Position numbers and translations under genes: made by a program. A DNA stretch of 61,040 bases, filler included. It is 8 parts of 8 records of this genome, joined end to end, with 100 filler letters (N's around TTAATTAATTAA, not from the genome) between each part and the next. Parts side by side here need not be neighbours in the genome. Positions count along the whole stretch, not along the records: positions 7,795 to 12,845 come from SRR31156797_23542; positions 12,946 to 22,533 come from SRR31156797_23544; 6 more parts are not named here. One strand, written 5' to 3'. The notes under the pieces were generated by a model, which was not told where the DNA came from, searched no databases, and saw only the letters and a list, made by a program, of their open reading frames with translations. This document shows positions 9,952-18,424 of this stretch, piece by piece. Position 1 is the stretch's first letter. Each line of letters begins with the position of its first letter.

Positions 9952-10737
9952 TTAACTATTAAAACTTCCCATTTTATAGCCGGCTGCATCAACTGTTACA
10001 AATTTAAATCCATAATCTTTCAAAGTAGTAGATATTTCATCTAAAATTTCAGTATCAAATAATTTTTCTCTTAAAGACGGATCAACTTCTATTCTGGCAA
10101 TCTCTCCATGAGAACGAACTCTCACTGCTGTTATTCCCTTGTCAATCAGATATTTCTCTGATTTCTCTATTCTGTTTAGTTCCTCTATATTTAATTCCGT
10201 ATCAAAAGGTACTCTGGTTAATAAACAAGCATATGGCGGTTTATTCCATGTAGGGAGTTTTAGAGCTTTTGACATCTCTCTGATTTCAGCTTTTGTTATC
10301 TTGCATTTTAGTAATGGACTTACAACTTCAAGTTCCTGTAATGCTTTTATTCCGGGTCTGTAATCTTTAGTATCATCTAGATTTGTTCCGTCAATTACAT
10401 AGTGGAAACCTTCACTTTCAGCTTTTGCTTTGACATTAGAGAAGATAGCAGTTTTACATAGATAACATCTGTCGCTTGGATTATTTCTGATAGAATCAAT
10501 GATTTCTGCATTAATTACATCATGTTTTACTCCCATTTTCTTAGCAAACTCTTTAGCCTCATCAACTTCCCAATTAGGAATATATGGTGAATTAACTGTT
10601 ACAGCAACGACGTTATCACCTAATGCATCTTTTGCTGCTTGTAGTAAAAATGTACTGTCCACTCCTCCAGAAAATGCAATTAATACTTTCTTAAGACCTT
10701 TTAAATATTCTACTAATTCCTTATATTTCTCACTCAT
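9952..10737 (-). CDS. larE: ATP-dependent sulfur transferase LarE (CxxC...C, Fe-S type)
   Basis: PP-loop AFSGGVDS, RCYLCK, DGTNLDD..DYRPG, KPPYACLLTR, VRVRSHG. AGGAG RBS before ATG 10737. Confidence 0.93.
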   Translation of the reverse strand: MSEKYKELVEYLKGLKKVLIAFSGGVDSTFLLQAAKDALGDNVVAVTVNSPYIPNWEVDEAKEFAKKMGVKHDVINAEIIDSIRNNPSDRCYLCKTAIFSNVKAKAESEGFHYVIDGTNLDDTKDYRPGIKALQELEVVSPLLKCKITKAEIREMSKALKLPTWNKPPYACLLTRVPFDTELNIEELNRIEKSEKYLIDKGITAVRVRSHGEIARIEVDPSLREKLFDTEILDEISTTLKDYGFKFVTVDAAGYKMGSFNS

Positions 10738-10749
10738 TTTATACACTCC

Positions 10750-12054
10750 TTATATTAACTTCGATACTTCTGAATAGATCTCTCTGATAGCTACATCATT
10801 TGCATGTGCTAACTTCTTACAAGTCTCATATTCAGGTTTGATTTTAATAACTTCACCATTTAGAATTCCTTTTTTTACATCTATTTCTCCATATTTTGTT
10901 TGAATTTTCTCGAAATCTCTTTTGAGCATTTTTTTCTTAACCGGATACTCTCGTATTCCCAGAGTAGTCGTTTCCATAAATAATAGGGTTTCAACTGCCT
11001 CAAGAGTTTTCTCTTCTGCTAATACGGTTAATTTGATAGCAGGTCTGTTTTTCTTCATCAAAATATTTGTTTTATATACGTCTAGAGCTCCTAATTTAAA
11101 TAGTTTCTCCTCTATTGTTTCATAAAGCTCGGGGTTCATATCATCGATATTAGCTTCTATAATAATCTGATCAACTATTTCATAATCGCCTTTATTTACT
11201 AAGCTATTTTTTATACCTATATTAGTCTCTTCTATATCTTTTTTTAGTTCAATCTCTTCAGCCAGATATACTCTCACGACATTAGGGATCTCAAAATTTT
11301 TTGTTCCCAGTCCATATCCTGTTTTTAATATATTTAAGTTAATTTTATTAGTAAATTCATTAACATTAGCTTTAAGTATCGCAGCTCCTGTAGGTGTTGT
11401 AGTTTCGAAATTTACTTTACCTGTTGTTACAGGAACTCCTTTTAAAATTTCTACAGTTGCAGGTGCCGGTACCGGGATCATTCCATGAGCACATTTTACA
11501 AAACCTCCGCCTAATTCAGGTGATGAGGCAATGATTTTATCAACTTTTAAGAAATCAAGACAAATAGCAGCTCCGATTATATCAACTATGGAATCAACTG
11601 CTCCAACTTCATGAAAGTGAACTTCCTCAATACTTTTACCATGAACCTTTGCTTCAGCTTTTGCAACTTCCATGAACATATTCAAACTTAACGATTTAAT
11701 ATTGGGATTATATGGTGCATTATCTATTATTTTTCTGATACTTGCTATATTTCTATGCTCGTGATGATGATGGTGTTCATGTTTGTGTTCCTCATGTGAA
11801 TGCTGATGATCATGCTTGTGATCATGTTCATGACCGTGATCGTGATGATGATTTTTATCCAGGATTACATCTACTTTTGTACCTTCGATTCCCATTTTCT
11901 GCTTCTTTGATATATGTAAATGAAACTCATTTCTAATTGATAGTTTATTTAACATCTTGACAAGATAAGCTGCGTCTACGCCGATATCTACCATTGCTCC
12001 GAGGTTCATGTCTCCACTTATTCCCGAAAAACAGTCATAATATAATATTTTCAT
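10750..12054 (-). CDS. larC: Nickel insertase LarC, single uninterrupted ORF with His-rich insert
   Basis: YYDCFSGISGDM, HFHEVGAVDSIVD, HGMIPVPAPAT, TPTGAA, EANIDDMNPE, MKKNRP, ETTTLGIR, KPEYE. Confidence 0.95.
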   Translation of the reverse strand: MKILYYDCFSGISGDMNLGAMVDIGVDAAYLVKMLNKLSIRNEFHLHISKKQKMGIEGTKVDVILDKNHHHDHGHEHDHKHDHQHSHEEHKHEHHHHHEHRNIASIRKIIDNAPYNPNIKSLSLNMFMEVAKAEAKVHGKSIEEVHFHEVGAVDSIVDIIGAAICLDFLKVDKIIASSPELGGGFVKCAHGMIPVPAPATVEILKGVPVTTGKVNFETTTPTGAAILKANVNEFTNKINLNILKTGYGLGTKNFEIPNVVRVYLAEEIELKKDIEETNIGIKNSLVNKGDYEIVDQIIIEANIDDMNPELYETIEEKLFKLGALDVYKTNILMKKNRPAIKLTVLAEEKTLEAVETLLFMETTTLGIREYPVKKKMLKRDFEKIQTKYGEIDVKKGILNGEVIKIKPEYETCKKLAHANDVAIREIYSEVSKLI

Positions 12055-12073
12055 AATACCTAACCTCATTTCT

Positions 12074-12802
12074 TTAAATAATATTATTTTCTCTTAAAAA
12101 TTTCTTGTCCTCAATAATTTTTTTATAATTATCATCTCGTATGATTTTATGATCTTCGGAAAAGACTATAGCTCTGTCGAACATTCCAATTGAATGTTCA
12201 AGTTCATGAGTAGCGCAAATTACAGTTTTACCCGCTTTATTTAATTTAATAAATAGATCCTTTAGGAAATTTTTACATTTTGGGTCTATCCCATTCATAG
12301 GTTCATCCAGTGTTATTACATCAGGATTTAATGCAAGCATACTTGCAACTGCGACTCTTTTTTTCTCACCGCCACTTAAATTATATGGAATTTCATCTCT
12401 TAATTTATGTAGTCCAAGTAGATGAAGACAGTCCTCAACTCTTTCGCTAATTTGATCTTTTTTTAGTTGCATCTGTTCAGGACCAAAGGCAATTTCATCA
12501 TAAACACTTGAGCAAAATAGTTGTGTTTCAGAGTTTTGAAATGCAAAACCAATGTGTTTATGAAACTTTTTTGAAAACTGCGAATTATTAAGTAATTTTT
12601 CATTAATTTTAGTTTCATTGAAATAATAACTACCTTCATTTGGATGAATCAGACCATTAAGTAATTTCAAAAGAGTAGATTTCCCGCTGCCATTCGGACC
12701 TATTAAAGCTACAGATTCTCCTCTTTTTATATCCAGATTAATATCCAGAAGTGCAGATCGATTTTTATAATTAAAATTAATATTTCTAAGTTTGATATCC
12801 AT
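12074..12802 (-). CDS. ECF-type Ni/Co transporter ATPase (CbiO/NikO/LarO-like)
   Basis: GPNGSGKST, FQNSETQLFCSSV.DEIAFGP, LSGGEKKRVA, LDEP; directly upstream of larC. Confidence 0.85.
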   Translation of the reverse strand: MDIKLRNINFNYKNRSALLDINLDIKRGESVALIGPNGSGKSTLLKLLNGLIHPNEGSYYFNETKINEKLLNNSQFSKKFHKHIGFAFQNSETQLFCSSVYDEIAFGPEQMQLKKDQISERVEDCLHLLGLHKLRDEIPYNLSGGEKKRVAVASMLALNPDVITLDEPMNGIDPKCKNFLKDLFIKLNKAGKTVICATHELEHSIGMFDRAIVFSEDHKIIRDDNYKKIIEDKKFLRENNII

Positions 12803-12845
12803 ATCTTCTCCTATGTATTTTTTAAAGTCAAAACGCTTTAATTTG

Positions 12846-12945
12846 NNNNNNNNNNNNNNNNNNNNNNNNNNNNNNNNNNNNNNNNNNNNTTAATTAATTA
12901 ANNNNNNNNNNNNNNNNNNNNNNNNNNNNNNNNNNNNNNNNNNNN
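12846..12945. other. Artificial contig spacer
   Basis: N44-TTAATTAATTAA-N44. Confidence 0.98.
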
Positions 12946-14140
12946 CGTCCACATCCACAAATGCCGGCGCGCTGTATTGGACCACGTCCACGGGGTTTTT
13001 TAATGGGTTGGTGGTGTTGGGCTGCTCCGCGAACGTGGGCACATAGGCCCGGGCCGGGTGCGGGTAAGAAAAGAGAAGCGTACCGGACAGCATCACCGCC
13101 GTGGCGCCTCTTGCCGCGCGTTTTATAAATGAGTGGGATCCGGTTTTTCCAGGGATCCCGGATCCAGGATCCGGACGGGGTGCCGTACGTGACAGGCCCG
13201 ATCCGCTTTCGATCCAGAACCCGTCCGGCAACACCGCCACCGCGGTGATCCTTTGAACGGCACGGTCTTCCCACCAGATTGTTCCGTGGACCCGGCCCGT
13301 GGAAACCCCGACCACGGCCACGCCCGGCAGCCCGGTTCCCCGGTTGCATCCGACCCCCGCGAAGAGATAGTCTCCCAGCCGGGCCATGCCCGCCAAAGGA
13401 TCCGAAAGACGGATCACGGTTTCGACCCTGCCCGAATCCGTTTCAGCAACCTTGATCTCCCCGGTGGACCTGTCCATGAAGTACAAATTCCCGCCTATGA
13501 GGCGGGGAGCGCAGGGGTGCCCCATTCCACGGACCACCGCTTCTCCCATGACCAAATCCACGATGATGCCGCCTGCCTCCTCACGGAAGGCGGTTATGTA
13601 GCGCGGCGCTCCCCCGGCCATGGCCATGCCGGTGAGGCGCCACGGCGTTGGGCCGGAATTCGTCCCGACGGGCACGATTCGCCACGGGTCCGAAGTCTGC
13701 CCGGGGTCCAGCCGCCGTAAACAGGCACCCACCGGATCCACGGCCCAGAGCCCCTGTTTTCCCCAGGCCATCTCCCCCACGGGGGTCCCCCAGTCCCTGT
13801 AGATTCCCGTTAGCGAAAAGGATTGACCGGCAAAAGTGCCGGGCCCTTGGGAGCAGGGCGCATCGTTCTGAAGGTGGGAACGATTTTCCAGCACGATCAC
13901 CCGGCCCGGCCCCTCTTGGGCGACCGCCAGGCGCGCCCCTTTTTCCGCGGCCATGCTGCCGGGCGTTTCATAAGGCATGGGCAGGGGGATGGGGGTTTCC
14001 ACCAACCCCCCGTCCCCGGGCGTGATGAAGCGAACCTCCCCCCCGGGCATCACCCCCGCCGCAAGGGTTGCTTTCAGTTCCAAAAGCAGCTTTGGGATCC
14101 GTGGTGAGCAGAACAGGGTCCGGAGATTCCCCCTTTTCAT
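12946..14140 (-). CDS. Degenerate TIGR03032/DUF4915-like domain fused via a signal-peptide-like segment to FG-GAP repeats (3'-truncated)
   Basis: SPRIPKLLLEL, EMAWGKQGLW, LTGMAMAGGAPRYITA, GGIIVD, RGMGHPCAPR, GVAVV..STG, ITAVAVLP follow the TIGR03032 layout. Then KRAAR + hydrophobic core + PARA, then PTFAEQ..TTNP...DV..YSAPAFVDVD (FG-GAP repeat start). Confidence 0.65.
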
Positions 14141-14316
14141 GATACGACTCCCTGATGTTTTGATGATGAAAACGTCGAAGAGTTGTAACTCGCTCCGTTC
14201 TGTGCGATAATGTGTAGATAATATGTATTTATAGAGATTTTCCTTATCCGTGTAAAGGATTTTTTTAGGATAAACAAAGGGATATTCTTATTTAAACCGA
14301 TGCAGAAATCCTTCTT

Positions 14317-17300
14317 ATGACCACCCGCTCAAAGATACAAAGCGCCTTGACGCCTGCTCTTAAAACAAGAGACTTTGCCGCGGTTTATGAAGAAGCCGTG
14401 ACCCTCCAAAAGAAAGGTCGATATGCCGAGGCGGAGGCCCGCTGCCGGGCGCTACTTAAACGACTGCCGGATCATCCCCACTCTTTACATCTGCTCGGCG
14501 TACTCCATTATCAGCAGGGGATGCATGAAAAGGCGGAAGCCCTGATCCGAAAGGCCATTGGTCTCCACCCGGCGCCGGCCCACTTTCACAACAACCTGGG
14601 CAATGTCTTGAAAGACCAGGAGAGACCCGAAGCGGCGGCCCGATGCTATCAGGAGGCCTTGCGGCTGCGAAAAAACTACGGGGGCGCCCGCGGGAATCTC
14701 CGAGACCTGGCCCTCAGCCTTCATGCCCGGGGGGATTCCGCCGGGGCCGCCGGTTGCCTTAAGCATGTGATCCGAAATCAGCCCCGTGATGCGGAAGCCC
14801 ATCTCCATCTGGGCGCCGTACGGATCTCACAGCACCTCTTTTCCGAGGCCGTGGCATCCCTTGAAACCGCCCTCCGCCTGGATCCCGGAAACCCCACGGC
14901 ACTGTTCAACCTGGCACTGGCCCGGAAGGGGTTGAATCAGATCGATTCGGCAAAATCCATTCTCCAAACCCTCCTGGACCTGTCGCCGGAAGATGCCGCG
15001 GCCTGGTGCCTGTTCTGCCAGGTACAGTCCCTGAGATGCGATTGGAAAGGTTATGAACAACGGGTGGCGAACCTGGTGGGCATTGCCGGGGAGGATTCCC
15101 ACGTCCAAACCGCTCAACGGCTTCCCCTGCTCACCTTACACCGGCATTCGGTTCCCCCGGCCCTTATCAAAGCCCTGACGGAAAAGCATGCAGAGATCAT
15201 CGAGGCCCAGGCGGCTCCGGCAAGGGATCGTTGTTCCTTTGAATATACCGGTGAATATCCCGGCCCGGCCAAGGGCCTTCTGCCGGAACCCCGTCGCCTG
15301 CGCATCGGCTATGTATCCGCGGATTTCAGGCGGCACGCCGTGGGCTGGATGGTGAAGGACATGTTCCGCCACCATGACCGCCGCTACTTCAAGGTGCACG
15401 CCTACAGCCTGGTTCCGAAGGATGATCCCGTCACCCAGGATATTAGGGGTACTTGCGACGCGTATACGGATATGAGCCGCCTCACGGTGGAGGCTTCGGC
15501 ACAGAGAATCCACGAGGACGGGATCCACGTCCTGGTGGATTTGACCGGATACACGACCTTTTCCCGTCCCGAAATCTTCGCCCTTCGACCCGCGCCGGTG
15601 CAGGTCCATTATCTGGGGTATCCCGGTACCATGGGGGCCCGCTTCATGGACTGTATCCTGGCCGACGAAACCGTGATACCACCGGAGGCGGCCATCCATT
15701 ATACGGAAAGAATCGTATATCTTCCGGAATGCTTCTGCGTCACCTCCCGGCTCCCCGTGAACCCCGAACCGGTGACACGGAAGCAGGCGGATCTCCCGGA
15801 AGAGGCTTTTGTGTTCAGCTGTTTCAACCATCCGTACAAGATCGACCCCCCTACCTTCACCCTCTGGATGCGCATCCTGAAACAGGTCCCCCACAGCGTG
15901 CTGTGGCTGGCGGCTCCCCAATTTCAAAGGGCCGCCGACAACCTCAAGGGGGAGGCCCTCAAAAGAGGCGTGGACCCGGGAAGGATTCTTTTCGCGCCCA
16001 ACATTCCCCTCTCAAGGCACCTGGCCCGCTGCACCCTCTCGGATCTTTTCCTGGATACCCTTTCCTACAACGCCGGGGCAACTGCGGTGGGCGTTCTTCA
16101 AAGGGGCCTGCCCCTGCTCACGGTCCCGGGCCATAGTTTTGTCTCACGCATGGGCGCAAGCCTGCTTAATGCCGCGGGCCTGCCTGAGTTGATTGCGGAA
16201 AACCGGGAAGCCTATGTGGAAAAGGCCGTGCATCTGGCCACCCACAGAGAAGCGCTTCTTCCCCTGAGAAAGAGACTTCTGGAGAACCGCAACAAAGCGC
16301 CCCTTTTTGACACCGGGCGCTGGGTCAGGCATTTGGAGGAGGCGTTTCGGCTGATCCGGCACCAGGATCTCCGGAACCGCACCGACCCCATACGCGTGCC
16401 GCTTTCACCCCCTCCAAAGGGGCCAAGTCCGGCACCCCGGCCCATGGGGCCGCTTCCCGGCGTGTGCACCCCGGAAGCGGCAGCGGAAGCCCCGGCGGAA
16501 TGCAACTGTACATTGCTCGGGGACATATCCTTGAAAACGGTTTTGTCCTACCGGCGGTTGACCTTTCCCGATGTAACCGGGCGATGGTACATGCGCCGGC
16601 CCATTGGGTCTCTTCACATGGCGCTGGCCCTTCATGAAAACCGGCCCATGGGGGCCCTGTTGGCGGAATGCAACCCCGCCAGGGCCGAAGCGGAGATTAT
16701 CTCGCTCTTTGTCGTTCCCCAGTACCGAAGACAGGGGATTGCCGGGCATCTGACGGCCTTCATGGAACAGGCCCTTGTCAAAAAGGAATACCGGTACATG
16801 ATGATCAACTTCCGCTCAGACTGGAAACACGCGGATGGGTTGAAAAAGCTGCTCAAACGTGGAAAATGGGAGCCGACCAAGGTGTCTTTCATCATTTTCA
16901 AAAGCCGCATGGAGTCCGTCTCAAAAGCACCTCCGGTCTTGAATCCGCCGGCCGTCCCGGCGGATTGCGAGCTGTTCCCGTGGGAGGAACTGAAAGACCG
17001 GGAGCGCACGCGGATGCTTCAACGGCAGCGGGAAAGGCCATGGTTTCCGGCACAACTCTCCCCCTTTCAAACCGAGGACCGGATGGAGGTTTTGTGCAGC
17101 ACGGGCCTGCGCGTTGGCGGGGAGGTGGCGGGCTGGTTTATCGCACACCGGATTTCCGGGGACACCGTGCAATACACCGCCCTTTTTATCCGCAAGGATC
17201 TCCGAAACAAAGGCCTGGTCCTTCCCCTGCTGGCCCAATCATTCAGGCGACACATCGCCTCCGGAATCCCCTTTAGCGTGTTTAGAATTGATGCCGGGAA

Positions 17301-17397
17301 TAGGAAAATGCTGAAATTCGTAGAAAAATTCTCTTCCCCCTTTCAACCCAGGGTGGCAAAATCCCTGCACGCCCACAAACTGCTGCCGGAGGTCTGA
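14317..17397 (+). CDS. TPR + GT41 O-GlcNAc-transferase-like domain + tandem GNAT domains
   Basis: About 6 TPRs (HNNLGNVL, HLHLGAV, LFNLAL). GT41 motifs LRIGYVSADFRRHAVG, HVLVDLTGYT, RPAPVQVHYLGYPGTMG, CFNHPYKIDP, DLFLDTLSYNAGATA, SRMGASLL. Pro-rich linker. GNAT motif A twice: SLFVVPQYRRQGIA and ALFIRKDLRNKGL. Confidence 0.88.
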   Translation: MTTRSKIQSALTPALKTRDFAAVYEEAVTLQKKGRYAEAEARCRALLKRLPDHPHSLHLLGVLHYQQGMHEKAEALIRKAIGLHPAPAHFHNNLGNVLKDQERPEAAARCYQEALRLRKNYGGARGNLRDLALSLHARGDSAGAAGCLKHVIRNQPRDAEAHLHLGAVRISQHLFSEAVASLETALRLDPGNPTALFNLALARKGLNQIDSAKSILQTLLDLSPEDAAAWCLFCQVQSLRCDWKGYEQRVANLVGIAGEDSHVQTAQRLPLLTLHRHSVPPALIKALTEKHAEIIEAQAAPARDRCSFEYTGEYPGPAKGLLPEPRRLRIGYVSADFRRHAVGWMVKDMFRHHDRRYFKVHAYSLVPKDDPVTQDIRGTCDAYTDMSRLTVEASAQRIHEDGIHVLVDLTGYTTFSRPEIFALRPAPVQVHYLGYPGTMGARFMDCILADETVIPPEAAIHYTERIVYLPECFCVTSRLPVNPEPVTRKQADLPEEAFVFSCFNHPYKIDPPTFTLWMRILKQVPHSVLWLAAPQFQRAADNLKGEALKRGVDPGRILFAPNIPLSRHLARCTLSDLFLDTLSYNAGATAVGVLQRGLPLLTVPGHSFVSRMGASLLNAAGLPELIAENREAYVEKAVHLATHREALLPLRKRLLENRNKAPLFDTGRWVRHLEEAFRLIRHQDLRNRTDPIRVPLSPPPKGPSPAPRPMGPLPGVCTPEAAAEAPAECNCTLLGDISLKTVLSYRRLTFPDVTGRWYMRRPIGSLHMALALHENRPMGALLAECNPARAEAEIISLFVVPQYRRQGIAGHLTAFMEQALVKKEYRYMMINFRSDWKHADGLKKLLKRGKWEPTKVSFIIFKSRMESVSKAPPVLNPPAVPADCELFPWEELKDRERTRMLQRQRERPWFPAQLSPFQTEDRMEVLCSTGLRVGGEVAGWFIAHRISGDTVQYTALFIRKDLRNKGLVLPLLAQSFRRHIASGIPFSVFRIDAGNRKMLKFVEKFSSPFQPRVAKSLHAHKLLPEV

Positions 17398-17559
17398 CTT
17401 TATAAAACGTGGTTGGGGATCACTGTGCCATTTTCACTCGCGTCCCTCTATCCCAATAAGTTGTGGACATTTTTTTCTATTTGCGTATCATTTTCATAAA
17501 CAAAGGGAAATGGGTAAAGAAAAACGGAAGCGTCATTCAAGGAAAAGGAGGATGAGAAG

Positions 17560-17988
17560 ATGGAAAAGGGAATGAAATGGATTTTGATGACATCTGTTTG
17601 TTTGGCTTTGATGTTCGGTTCGGTCTTTAATGCCCAAGGATCTTATTTGCCGGAACCCGAAGCCCGGACAACGGATAGCGGCATCATGTACATGACCGGC
17701 GGTGTCGGCATTGAATCCCGGATTGCCATGAATCAGGCAGAAGACAACTATAATCTGAAAGTGGTTGTTGCCAGCACGACGGGTGCTTATCTGGCGGATG
17801 CCATGGTTACCATTAAAGATGCCGCCGGCAAGACGATCTTTCAAGTTATGAGCGATGGTCCATGGCTTTTGGTGAAACTCCCCAAGGGCACCTACCAGGT
17901 GAAAGCCGCCATAGAGGATCGGCAGAAAACCCGAAGGGTTAGCGTCTCTAGAGGGCTAAAAACCGTTTATTATCACTGGAAGCCTTAA
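17560..17988 (+). CDS. Exported carboxypeptidase-regulatory-like domain protein
   Basis: Signal peptide; YMTGGVG..., GAYLADA.VTI, DGPWLLVKLPKGTYQV; GGAGG RBS. Confidence 0.75.
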   Translation: MEKGMKWILMTSVCLALMFGSVFNAQGSYLPEPEARTTDSGIMYMTGGVGIESRIAMNQAEDNYNLKVVVASTTGAYLADAMVTIKDAAGKTIFQVMSDGPWLLVKLPKGTYQVKAAIEDRQKTRRVSVSRGLKTVYYHWKP

Positions 17989-18029
17989 GAGCCTATTTCT
18001 CAATCTTTTCTGGTCCGGAGGGGAAGAAG

Positions 18030-18338
18030 GGGACGTTATGCTGCGAGTCTGATTATGTTGCGTGAGACCCCGTCTACCCCGCCTTACCCCGTCCGCTGAG
18101 ACAAACATCCCCTTGGCTTAAGTTGCCCCCAGGGCTTTCCATTCATACTTTCGTTCAAACCGCCTCCAACAGGTATGGATCTTCCTGACACAGAGAGGTC
18201 TCGGAAAGGACCTTCCGGAGACGCGTAAGGAAGTCATCCCGGTCTTTATTGTCCCTAAAGATCTTCCTGCGCTCAATCCCCCTGACCATGATGTGATGGA
18301 TGGCTCCGGGCGTATCGATTCTGGCTTATAGACGTCCC
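18030..18338 (-). mobile_element. Internally deleted REP-associated tyrosine transposase (RAYT, IS200-like) relic with short inverted ends
   Basis: Minus frame 18325-18155 reads ARIDTPGAIHHIMVRGIERRKIFRDNKDRDDFLTRLRKVLSET joined to SLCQEDPYLLEAV*. Flanked by GGGACGT (18030-36) and ACGTCCC (18332-38). Confidence 0.75.
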
Positions 18339-18424
18339 TATCGTCCACAAATTGTTCGTTTGCTATGAAAATGCTGACCATACAGCCATGAAACAGGAAG
18401 CAGCCTTAAACCGGAAGGATAGTG

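Noticed and set aside
11755-11852. Short (GAT/GTG)-like periodic DNA
   Set aside because: Explained by the His-rich tract of LarC.
12894-17314. Many overlapping 60-260 aa alternative ORFs
   Set aside because: Shadow frames of GC-rich genes with no recognisable motifs.
18118-18381. 87-aa track ORF
   Set aside because: Mostly the wrong frame across the RAYT relic; only its last residues resemble RAYT.
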